DNA of 61,205 nucleotides, filler included, from Collodictyon triciliatum (taxonomy: Eukaryota): NCBI GenBank assembly GCA_043381765.1. It is 9 parts of 9 records of this genome, joined end to end, with 100 filler letters (N's around TTAATTAATTAA, not from the genome) between each part and the next. Parts side by side here need not be neighbours in the genome. Positions count along the whole stretch, not along the records: positions 6,818 to 13,533 come from JBHJMP010004292.1; positions 13,634 to 20,348 come from JBHJMP010004293.1; positions 20,449 to 27,160 come from JBHJMP010004294.1; 6 more parts are not named here. One strand, 5' to 3'. Of this stretch, positions 12,335 to 23,900 are shown in pieces. Under the pieces are notes generated by a model, which did no database searches, was not told the DNA's origin, and worked only from the letters and a program-made list of their open reading frames with translations. The position numbers and the translations under genes were made by a program. The first letter of the stretch is position 1. Each line of letters starts with the position of its first letter.

Positions 12335-13423
12335 CTATGCATCGTCGTCTATCAACTCGATGACATCGGCCGGGCGGGCTGCAGCTCGGGCTTTCACGTG
12401 TGCGCGCGATGGCGGCAGGGTCAGCACAAAAGAGCCTGTGCGCAAAGCAGAGGCGGTGTCTTGTTCGGAATCGGAATCCTGAATCTCCTCGACCGCAGGT
12501 GGCTTTGTGCTTTGGCTGCGGTGCCGGTGCGCCGATTGGGTGTATGTGTACGTTTTCTGGGAGACGAATGGGAGGCTGCGCGATGGCGGCGTTGCATTCA
12601 AGAAAGGGAGCGCTACGCCAGCCGCTCGAACAGGGGTCTATATAAAATAGTGATTAGTGATGAGTGATTAGTGATGAGTGATTGTGATGGGTGATTACTC
12701 GCTCGAGACCATCATCGCTAGCCACAAAGGGTGGCGTACTGTGCCCAGTCTGGGGTGTAAAGTATTTGCTACCGATGGTGTTTGGCGGGGTGGTTATGGT
12801 CAGTGGAGTGAGGCTCAGATGCGGAGAGTGAGACGGCGGCGGGGATGACGACGAAGGCGATGCCGAGGATGACGATTGGCCACGTCCGTCGTCGTGCACT
12901 ACTGGGTATATGCATAATTGTATTAGCATTAATGATGGTGATTGGCCTGGTTTCATGTATACGTGGCTTTGTTCGCTTCTTCACTGGTGTGGAATTCGAC
13001 GGACCGTCGCACGGGTCGATGGGTTCTTTGTCTGCGGTGCTTTCGGGAATCCCCAACTGATTATGCAAGTGTCATGAGTGAGATATAGCGACGCTGGCCG
13101 TAGAAAAAGTCTATTTGTACCTGTGACTCAGGTGGGGAGCGTCTCTTTGACCATTCGCTCCGGATAGCGGCTATCAGAATGATTCGCACAAAGAGTTGAG
13201 TTCGTATTTTCTTCTTTGCATGACGACTTTGTAAGAAAAATGTAAAGAAAAGGAAAAAGGAGAAAAGAGAAAAGCCAGTATAAAAATTCAAAAATTCATT
13301 CATGTAGCATGTCTGTGAAAATTCTGTCAGATATCCTAATGTATGTCGTGTAAGCATACCCTGCATGTATGGATTCACTTTGTGGCTCTCTGATTTCGGT
13401 GGAGGAACGAGCGGAGTGGACAC
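12335..13423 (-). CDS. 3' part (5 exons) of an unknown protein with a disordered S/P-rich tail ending in a SUMO-interacting-like motif (DVIELIDDDA*)
   Basis: Consecutive GT-AG bounded exons splice in frame (VNPYMQ|AAIRSEW...ESQ|LGIPEST...|...LER|TPVRAAG...). The 5' end is lost in a gap. Confidence 0.6.
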
Positions 13424-13489
13424 CTAGCGATAGAATACAAGTACAAATATTTATACAACTCTCCGTGGCCATACAAGAAAGTGTATTCG

Positions 13490-13533
<44 letters not shown>

Positions 13534-13876
13534 NNNNNNNNNNNNNNNNNNNNNNNNNNNNNNNNNNNNNNNNNNNNTTAATTAATTAANNNNNNNNNNN
13601 NNNNNNNNNNNNNNNNNNNNNNNNNNNNNNNNNCATATCTATTCTTTTCTATTCTTTTCTATTCTTTTCTATTCTTTTCTATTCTTTTCTATTCTTTTCT
13701 ATTCTTTTCTATTCTTTTCTATTCTTTTCTATTCTTTTCTATTTTTTTCTATTTTTTTCTTTCTTGGCAATTCTCGGCAATTCTCGGCAGACCTTATTTT
13801 GAAGCACACTCTGGTTGCATTCCACCACTCGATGAGTGTTGCTTAAATCTGCCATTTTTCTGTTATTCAATTTTAG

Positions 13877-16800
13877 GTGACTTTGGTGTGTCGAAAATCA
13901 TGGGTTCTGCTTCCTTGGCGAAGACCATGGTCGGAACTCCTCATTATCTCAGCCCAGAAATTATTAAAGGCGATGGATATCCTTTTAAGTTTTCTTTTCT
14001 TCGTGTGATGTCATGGATTTCTTTTTTCAAGAAAAAAATACACAGCAATTTCAAATTCTTGTCGTTCCTCCTTCACTATGATTACTTATGATTTCAAGTC
14101 TGATATTTGGTCGCTCGGATGCATCCTCTACGAACTCTGTACACTCAACAGACCTTTTGATGGTGATGTAAGAATCTGATAGTCCTTTTCCATTTAAAAT
14201 ATGCGCAAAATTTAGCTACCGCAGATTTCTTTAAATGTTAAATTATAACACACGACTTTTAGAATATGTTCCACTTGATGGCAAACATACAGAAAGGAGA
14301 ATATAAGAGCATAGGTGAAGCTTTGTACTCAGCAGATTTGAGGGGTTTGTCATGCCGTTTGTTACAGTTGGATCCGTCACATCGCCCCTCCGCCTCTCAA
14401 ATTCTGGCTGACATCTGGGTCAGAGACCACGTTACTCGGGTCGCCGAGGAGCTTTCTGCTGCAGACCCTCAAAACACTGGAACCCCAGAATCAAAAACGT
14501 ATTTATCATATTGTATTAACTTTGTCCTTTTTTTCTTTTTTTCTTTTTTTTCTTTTCGGCGGTAGAGCATCATTCGTCTTCCGTATCAAGCATCTATATT
14601 TTAATCCGCATTAATTCGTGGGATACGTATGCTTTTATCTCCGATATTTGAAAGAGCTCATCTTTGTATAGAAACCAAATGCTGATGGCCCGCAGACCGA
14701 TGCTGAAACGAACAAAGACCAATCTCGCTTGCAAGTTGGAAGCAGGACAATTAAATCTCGGGGGCGGTGTAGCCGCTTTAGCATCCCCTGGTGGTTTGTT
14801 ATCATATATCCTGCCTCAATCCGTGGTCAAAAATGACGCTCCTTCCGAGCCCATGGTCGTACCTGTGACTCAAGAGCACACAAATTCCACAGAAAAAGAA
14901 ACAGCCCCACAAGAAGCACCCACATTTGCCTCCTCACAGAATTCCCCAGATAATCATAAATTACTTAACAACGAAGACAAAGACGAGTTGGGGAAACTGG
15001 CGGACCTAAATGCACCTAACAATATCCCACCTACCACGATGAAGAGGAAATCATCATTGAAGCGTGCTGTCGGATTTGCTCAGCCCATCAAAGACCACGC
15101 TTCTCAATCACCAGCCAGTAGTGGTTTAATGGCTGAATCAAATACACCTTTTGCAAGCGTTGATGCTCTATTAAATGAATTGCCTCCTGCAACTTCCAAT
15201 CTCATTCAAACAACAAAGACCCTTTTACACACAAATGAAACGGCTGGTTTTGAAACAAAAATCAAAGCTACCATTCTCTCGCCACTTCCGCATTCCGAGC
15301 AACAACCTATAGTACAGTTCCAGATTCCCATGATACAGACTACCGAGAGCACCCTGAATGAGAGGAAAGTTACCAAAATCGAACCTGGTATGATATCGGA
15401 CATTAACCCCGCCAGAATCATATCGGGCCCGACATCCAGGAGATCGTCTTTACCAAGACCTCAAGAGCCTCCAGCCATGATTTGCTCCGTATGAATATCC
15501 TCGACATGCACAAATAGAAAATTAAAATACATATGTAGTTTTCATGCTTTTCTTCTCATCAAGGCCTTGATTATATCTAAACAATTTGGCATTAGATCCA
15601 TCATGAAATGCATTGGCGAAAATCAAGCCATTCCCTCATGCTGGAACAGGAAGACCAGAATAATGTGTAAGTCCAATTCCAAATATATATATATTCTCCT
15701 GAGCATACAAAGTAATATATCGTGAGTTACTTACGAAAACAAAATTAATCTGAAATATAGTATTGAAAACCAAGAGCAAGACCTGCACCAGTTTCTAGCC
15801 ATCGTCAAAAGCGATTTCCAAGAATTTTTTGAGATGCCTGAGGAAAGCAGAAAGCCTCAGCCCAGCGACCAGCAGCATCAGAAACCTCATAAGCAAGTGT
15901 CGATATCCAGACACTCTTCATTGTCTCCATCCCTTGTAACAAGTGCTTCAGGCAAACAAAGCCCATCATCTCCATTCCCTGCCCTGCCCAAGTCGGGGTC
16001 CAACCACTCTTCGATTCTAAAATCTGTTTCGTCTGAAGGCATCCACTCAAAACCACATCACGAGCTCGAACCTCTGAAACACTCCCACAACTTACTGGCC
16101 CCAACAATTGACTACCCGTCCACAAGCTCCAGTCTCTCTCCATCTCCCATTATGAATCAAATCACATTCCAAGGTTCTGTGCTACCTGATGTTTTGTCCT
16201 CGTCCCACCACCAAGTACATCTGAAACCCTTGCCAGTTGGGGCAATCAACCGCTCAATCACACCCAGAGACGCAGAGCGTTCCAAGAGAAGCTCTCGGGA
16301 TATCACAGCAGACGTCTTGGAGCGCCTGGACCCGATGGCATCGAATCCCATCTCTGACAGAATGCCTCATTCGGGAAGGAATGCTCCCCTGGCCCCGATA
16401 AATCACCATGAGATTCACCCAACTGCTTCGCATCCTCATTATCATCTGCCACAAGCGGAAGTGCATGGAGCTGAAAACGGTCAGGCACGTCACAAAGCAC
16501 AGTCACAACTCCCAGCATTGCCCAGCAACCTGAGACACTCATTCACGCCTATGGATTCTGTGGCGGATAATTCAAGAGCCGTCCCACTCGTCACTGGCTT
16601 CAGTCCGGAGTCATTCACCAAGGAGGTTCCCTTACCTGTTGTTTCCCGAACACCCGTGCATGACCGAGTTTCAACTCTTTATCCATCTCCGTCTGGGGCG
16701 ACCTCGACTGCTTCGATGGCAACCTCTCATATCCTACCAGAGAACACAAGTCTGCGCATGTCCAATCAGAAATCAAAGGTGGGCCAGCTTCGCTCCTCGG

Positions 16801-17549
16801 GTCCGAGAGAAGGCCTTCCTCCTCTGTCAGACCATAGCTTCGCTCGAATCACAAGTATACTGCGTGATGACTCGAATAACGAAGCGCTTGGTCAATCCGA
16901 CGATGTGCCTTACGATGAAAGCAGAAGAAGCCGTTCCACGATTTGTGAGTCATATGAAGACCGACCCTACCTGCCAAACACTCGCTCTGCATCTACCGAC
17001 AATGGCCTCCCTATGAAAAGGATGACTCCGATGCGAGTATCCCGCAGATCTCTGACTGGAAGTCCTAGCTACGATGAGGTATGAAGTTGTTTAGTCTCGT
17101 TTCCAGAGGCACTATTTTGTCTCTGCGTCTGTCAGAAAATCTAACCCATTTAATTTAACGACTCATCATTTGTTCCCCGTCATCTCCTCCTCTTGTTATT
17201 TACTCCCCCTATCTGTTTTTCTAAGCCTATTCCGAGGTCTACAAGTCCTTTTGTTTCTGGCGTTCTCAACGACGAGTTCAATTCAAAATCTCATCGAATA
17301 CCGCCTAAGCTTGCCCACCAGTCTTCTACAAACTCGTCAGCCTCCAGTCTCTTCGGGAACACGTCGCCGATAGCCTCTCGAAATGATGCGATGGGTTCGA
17401 AGACACGGCAAACACAGAGAGACCACTCATCCAACTCCAGCGCAACCTACTCATTGACCGGCTCTACTTACAATGTTTTTGCTGCACCCCAGAAACCTAA
17501 CCAGCGTGCAAAGCTGCAGCCATTGGCATCCATTGAAAACAAACCGTGA
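13877..17549 (+). CDS. NIMA-related (NEK) Ser/Thr kinase with a long disordered C-terminus, 5' truncated
   Basis: GDFGVSK...[44 protein letters not shown]...YSADLRGL...[16 protein letters not shown] is typical of NEK kinases. The first intron in the window is AT-AC. Confidence 0.9.
13977..14085 (+). other. U12-type AT-AC minor intron in the NEK gene
   Basis: 5' ATATCCTTTT, branch TCCTTCAC (14069-14076), 3' TTAC. Removal gives [11 protein letters not shown]. Confidence 0.9.
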
Positions 17550-18368
17550 TTCTGCGTCTGTAATCAACCCGGCTTGAAACCCACACGCCTTTTCTTTCAT
17601 TCTTTCTCGGCCTTGTTTCGTCTAGTGTGTTCGCAACTTCTTCCCTCCTTCGCCACAAAAAGCATATCACCCATCTTATACATCACAGTTTAGAGAATGT
17701 GTCTTAATCCCTCATGCCACATCTATGTGGCTGCAACCACCCGCACCCTTGTAACAACCCAAATCCCTGCAGACAAAATCCCTCTCCCTTGTAGAATAAA
17801 CCCTTGTGCGAAACCAACCAGACTCAGAAAGCCAAGAGAAACCACTTCATTGCACCCTGTGAGCTGATTCCAGATTTGTAACATCTCGACTAGAGTTCGC
17901 CGAAATCGAGGACTGCCTCTGCCGTGAAATCTGAGAAAAGTCGGTCGGTGGTCGCCACTGCTCGCCTGGTGCCTCAAAACACGACGCGATCCAGACAGAA
18001 AGCAAAGCGAGGCAGCTTCATTGCCCACCGAGACAGAACGCCTTGCCGGAGGATGAAAAAGAAAAGGAATGGGAAAAGCTGGAGGAACGACCTCGTTGTA
18101 TGAAGAATTCCTCAGCTATAGCAGGAATGACGAAGCCTTTTCTCGGTTTTCCATTTGCCCGCAACTTACCGTGCTTTGTATGAGGAGGTTGTTGCAAAGA
18201 GAGCCCTTGTCCTGTGGCTGGTATTTGCTGCAACTCCCTGATCGTTGGTGTTGTAGATACGAAGAGCCGCCTGCTCTCTCGGGTTTTGTTGCCTCTCTTC
18301 TAACCTTTTCAATTTTGCAACTAGCCCGTGGCGAAGCACATCCTCTGTTGTTTGTGTGGTCTCGAGTC

Positions 18369-20276
18369 ATGGGAATAACCAACCTTTTGCCACGATTGAA
18401 GCACAACATGACTAAGGTGAAGGCATGCGAGCTCAAAGGAAATCGAGTTGGTATTGATGGCTATGTCTGGATTCATCGGGGGATATTTATATCCTTCTTT
18501 CATTTAGAATATCATACCTCTTTTCTTTTTATTTTTTTATTTTTTAATATTTGTGTGGAATGAAAAGCGTCGAGAAGAGCAAGATTTTCTTTGACAGCAA
18601 TTTGGCTTTACACGTGCGCCCAGGAACTTGCTAGCGGTGTGAATACCGACAAATATGTTTTGTACTTTATGAGACTGATCGAGTCAGTCATCCACGCCGG
18701 AATGATTCCCTATGTGGTATTTGATGGCTCAGAGTTACCAAGCAAGAGAGGAACCGAAAACGAGCGGCAACGGTAGAGGACAAGTCGTTCCATTTTACCA
18801 CAGAGGACTAAATTATAGAACACCTTTTTTTTAAACCCCCCTATTCAACAAAATCAGGGCTAGTCAGCCAATCGTATGAAGCAAAAACAATTTAGGAAAA
18901 GAGAAGAATACCGCAGAGCAGGAATGGAGGCGCAAAAGGTTGGACGCCACAGTGAAGCACACTCAAATTTTGCAAAGTCTATCGATGTCACCCCCATCAT
19001 GGCCCATCAAATCATTCGAGTAAGATAATGTGCTCGCCATACTTATGACATAGCGTTTTACTATCAACAAAAACCGAATGTGTGTATTATTTTTTGTCTT
19101 GTTTTGTTGATTGCTCAAGTTCTAATCAGTATTATTCTATCTTGAAATACGCGATTCGTAGGCCTTGAGAAGCAAAAAGGTTGAATTTGTGGTGGCGCCA
19201 TATGAGGCAGATGCCCAGCTCGCGTATATGTCCGTGCATAAAATTATAGATATTGTTCTAACTGTAGATTCTGATTTAATCCCACATGGATGTCCTATGG
19301 TACGCCAGATAAACCCCACACATATTGGGGGAAGATGTCCTAAATATATGCATCTCTGTGATGTCCGTGGTTATTTCAGATTGTATGTTCAATCAAAAAA
19401 AAAAACGCTAAAGTGAATATCTTAGGTTTTGTTTAAGTACGAACCAGAAGGAACGGGGGATTTGTATATTAAGGAGAAAGTGTTTGTCGATAAAAGCGGA
19501 GAATTTTATGGATGGGATGATGAGAAGTTTCTAGAACTGTGCATATTGGCAGGTAATTTTTTCATTTATTGATCATCCCTTTCAAAAGTAGAGAAAAATA
19601 TCAGCAAATAAACCTTTTGCGGTGATTTGATTTTCTGTGTAATGAATCAAATATACTGATGTGCAGGGTGTGATTACGTGGGCTCTCTTCCTGGTGTTGG
19701 GTTTGCAACTGCTGAGAAGATGATGAAAGCCTTTGGAAACATAGAAGCAGTAATTGTTGAGACAATGCCGCCATTAACCATGAAAAAAATAGATTATATG
19801 ATGTAATGCGTAGTGATTTTTGCTCGTGACCCACCATCGCATCGAATACTTTTTTTTTCAGGCAATATCTGGGTTGAGAGCCAAAAAGAGCACTATAATA
19901 CCCGAGGACTATGAGCAAAATGTCTGCAATGCGAAGATTACTTTTCGACATCAAATAGTATATGACCCCAGAAGTAAGACATTGGTACACAAAACTCCAC
20001 TTCCAGACGGCTACGACCTGAGTGATTTCCCATTTCTCGGAGAGTAAGCCGGTTTTGATTCAGAAGAAAGCAGTGCGGATAATTATGCCGTTTTCGATGA
20101 TTACATGACATAGCTAACGTGAACATCTTTTTTTTTTAAAATATGGTTGTTTTTTTTTTCGCGGTTCATCTATGTTGTGCACCAGAATGTGGCCAGCATC
20201 GCTCGCTCAGCTGATATGCGAAGGGTATGTCGACCCATCAAACCATATCGCGTTTGATGCTGGAGCTCCGAGACTG
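18369..20276 (+). CDS. EXO1: Exonuclease 1 (XPG/Rad2 family), multi-exon, 3' part lost in gap
   Basis: MGITNLLPRLK, VGIDGYVWIHRG, VVFDGSELPSKRGTENERQR, SIDVTP, VAPYEADAQLAY, TVDSDL, CILAGCDY...LPGVG, TFRHQIVYDP, FLG. Confidence 0.95.
18489..18611 (+). other. U12-type AT-AC minor intron (first intron of EXO1)
   Basis: 5' ATATCCTTC, branch TTCTTTGAC (18587-18595), 3' TTAC. Removal gives WIHRGIF-TCAQELA, and no GT-AG solution keeps this motif. Confidence 0.9.
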
Positions 20277-20448
20277 GTAAATTGGTCTTTCGAAACTTGA
20301 ATGAAAACATAGAAGAGTTATGCATTCCTTTCGCTGGGTTCTTTTTTTNNNNNNNNNNNNNNNNNNNNNNNNNNNNNNNNNNNNNNNNNNNNTTAATTAA
20401 TTAANNNNNNNNNNNNNNNNNNNNNNNNNNNNNNNNNNNNNNNNNNNN

Positions 20449-20550
20449 TAAAAACTAAAAACTAAAAACTAAAAACTAAAAACTAAAAACTAAAAACTAA
20501 AAACTAAAAACTAAAAACTAAAAACTAAAAACTAAAAACTAAAAACTAAA
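20449..20550. repeat. (AAAACT)n microsatellite
   Basis: Direct tandem repeat at a contig edge. Confidence 0.95.
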
Positions 20551-20599
20551 AACAAAAAACAAAAAACTAAAAAAAACAAAAAAACAAAAAAACAAAAAG

Positions 20600-20826
20600 A
20601 CCGGAAAAATCAGACCGTAAATGAAAAAGACGAAGGAAACTATTCAAAGTATGAGGAAGATGAGGGCTTCTTGCCACAAAGCTCGGCCTTGTTTGCAGTA
20701 CAGACTTCCCTTCAACGGAGCCAAAGTACACGCAGACGGCTTTCGAATATGTGCTGGCAACACGAACAAAAAGCGGATGGTGACGGATGCGTGTGGTGTC
20801 AATCCAGAATAGCATATATTCGGTAG
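20600..20826 (+). CDS. Orphan terminal exon (possibly the 3' end of EXO1) ending in a CxxH...CxxC motif
   Basis: An AG acceptor is followed by the open frame (D)RKNQTVNEKDEGNYSKYEEDEGFL...MCWQHEQKADGDGCVWCQSRIAYIR*. Confidence 0.4.
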
Positions 20827-20911
20827 TTAAGGGTAATTCCACCACTCGGAGATAGCCGCACAAGGAACACTTTTTTTCTTTACTGGTGGTTTATACTTTT
20901 TTTGATTGAAG

Positions 20912-23900
20912 CTACGCGCTCTGAGTCGCCGCGGGTACTTCCCTCTCCTCGACGCTGTAAAGCTGTTCTGCTGTCTGAAAGAATATGTCCATGGCAGAGG
21001 ACTTGGCATAGAGATAGGCAAAAAACCGTAGAGAATCGTCCACGTTGAACGGCATTTTAGGGCCACTGCACCGAACAACGCGAATGTCTGATTGGCCCTT
21101 CTCCATTTCCTCTGCCCTGAAGGCGTAAATGAAATGAGCAAAGGGAAGTAAGGCGATTAGTTCAAAGGAACTTAAAAAAATAGGTTAGAATCAAAAGTTT
21201 TCAAATTGTCAGATATGGAGCAATCGAAACTCATACAGTCAACCACAAGGAATCAAATATTCGATTTCTCCCTTCTCACGATTACATGTGTGTCGTACGT
21301 GCATGTGCGGGTACCTGCGGTCACGCTCTGACAAGGATTCGGCCCAGTTTTCAATGACTTCCTGCCTTCTCTGGTTGATGAGGACAACTAAGTTCCTTCG
21401 ACACTCTCTGAATTCAGCCATAAGGGACCTGAGCGCATGAATTTTTTCGACGTTCACAGGTTTCTGTTCATTACATAGTTAAGCTGGGTTATGACTATTT
21501 TATTTTTGAGCGACAACTGCGTCCTGTTTAGTGTACTTATAGTATTTATATGATATCTAACTTGAAGGAAATGATCGAAATGAAGAACAAATCCGTGTGA
21601 AGGCTTAGGGCGCACAATCACTGAAATCATCTGTGAAAAGGTCAAAACTGTTTTTATCAAAATTCTCTGGTATTGTGCTCCAAGAGTAAAAAGAATTACT
21701 CCAGGGTGGTCTTCAGGGGCTTGCATCGGCTTTTACCGATAGTAACCCAGAGAAATATTTCTCAAAATATAGTAAAATTATTTGACAAAAATACGAGGCA
21801 TTGAAAGCAAACGAATCACCTCGCAAGCCTGGACAAAATACTCTTTCAATTGAGTTGTCTGCTCCACAAGAGGTCTCATATAGATGTTATCGATGGTCCC
21901 TGTTTGTATTTTTTACTCCACATAAGCCAGTTTGGAGAAAATATGGAATCCTCGCATAAGAAGGTTTTGGCTGCAGTTTTAATACCACAAAATTTGTTAA
22001 AAATTCAAGACCTGAATATTTCCCTGTCAACACAGGGTCTCTGCTAATTATTGAATGAAGAACCTGTATGGAAACATATTACATCATTAGTGAATCCCCA
22101 GTCAAACGAATCCTCTTATATAAATGGATAGAAGTTTCGAAATATTACCTGTAGATATATTAAAACTAGTCTCTGGTTTTCCATGAGATTCTTGTACTCC
22201 TGTGGTAGGTTCATGAGACTGAACTTTGTCCACGCAGCAGTGTCCTTTGAATTAAGTTCCTATGCATTCAACGCCTTTTTTTTAAAAAAAAACCCAAACT
22301 AATTCAAGCAGGTAGGAACTCAATTGAAAATAATGCAAAAATCAATAAGTTGAAACCCCAGATGACGTCAAGATCGAATGAATCTGTATTTTCAAAGAGA
22401 TTGAGTACATGATGAAATATTGTGATTGGTAATCACCTGTGCTTGGTCCAAATGCAGCGAAATTGCATCGATAAGCTCTTCAACATACTTGTCGTCTTGA
22501 AGCTTGTCCATTTCAGTGGAATTCTAATAACAAAAAAGAAAAAAGAAAAAAGAAAAAAAGAAAAAAGAAAAAGAAAAAGAGAAAAGAAAAAAGAAAAAAA
22601 GAAAAAAAGAAAAAAAAGAAAGAGGAGATAATTGTACCAAGAGTTACAAAATATAACAATCAAACGCCCTGGACAGATTAGATTTCACTTACAACGAAAT
22701 ATTGAATGATATACTCCATCTTATATGAAAGATATTTTGAAGGAAGGAAATTACCTCTCCACTTTCATATTGTGATAAGACAGCACAGTAAAGTTCAGCC
22801 GTTAGTCGCATAACTTTGGCCAATTTATTTCTGACAGCATCCGCGCCCCAGAATGGCCATATAATCTGGTTCACAAACCAGGCGGTCAAACAGCCCCCAA
22901 TAATCGATGTGCAGCGGGACGCAGGATACTTCCAATCGGCCATATGGACATCAGGGCTATATTGACACGCGATTACCAGAGTCAGAGTGACCATGAAGAT
23001 AAAGGCGCCGTAGTGAAACCTACAGCAGACGACTTTATTAATAATTTTACGTAGAAATTTTGATCATCAACTAAATTTATATGTAGAGATTGTTATTAAA
23101 AAGAAAAGAAAAGAAAAAACACTAAGTGAAAAAAGTACCGTCCCTGGCAATTATAAAGTGCGATGAAAACCCATGGAGCAAGAAATGTACATATCAGCAA
23201 AGGCTCAGAAGCAGCCTCTTCAGACAGCAGATACACTCCTGCAAGACTTGCGCCACATATTGTAGCCACAATCCGCAGAAATCCCTATTTGATGGTGACA
23301 TTCATACAAAGTGCTTTAAACCATTTTGGCCCAAAAAGAAACTAGAGAAATCAATTTTGCATGAAGACAGTAGATACCAAATGAGATGCGAGCTATTCAG
23401 AAGACTTGATTTATTGATAAAAGAATATCTCATCTACATTTCACTATATTTTAGTTTAAATGTATCTGAGTAATTTATTCTAACAAAGATTGCCTTGAAC
23501 ACAGTCGACTCTACGGCACGCTGGAAAACTAGAACAACTGTAATATAGGACCAGACTCCAAACCATTCTTGGATGTGCTCTGTTATCCTCCTTGGCAGGA
23601 GAAAATTGGGCAAAAAAATAATGGCGAGAGCGATGGTGTGTTTAATCATATAGCGAACCTAATTAGGACATAAAACAAAACATACATTAATTCAGAACCC
23701 CAAGCACATAATACTACATTGGTAAAAATGGAATAGAAATGCGAAAATTGATTGAAAAACACATAAGTCCAGGAAAAAAAATCGGAAATGTTAATCATGT
23801 TTCGTTTTAAGAGCCATTCTGCCATGCCTTTTCATTTTTGAGAACTTCAGAGAGCTTCTGCCTATCCTTTGGAATATTAACAGCGATTCTCTTCCAAACT

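Noticed and set aside
11273-12482. Several long overlapping + strand ORFs
   Set aside because: These are antisense shadows of the GC-rich TauE/SafE coding sequence.
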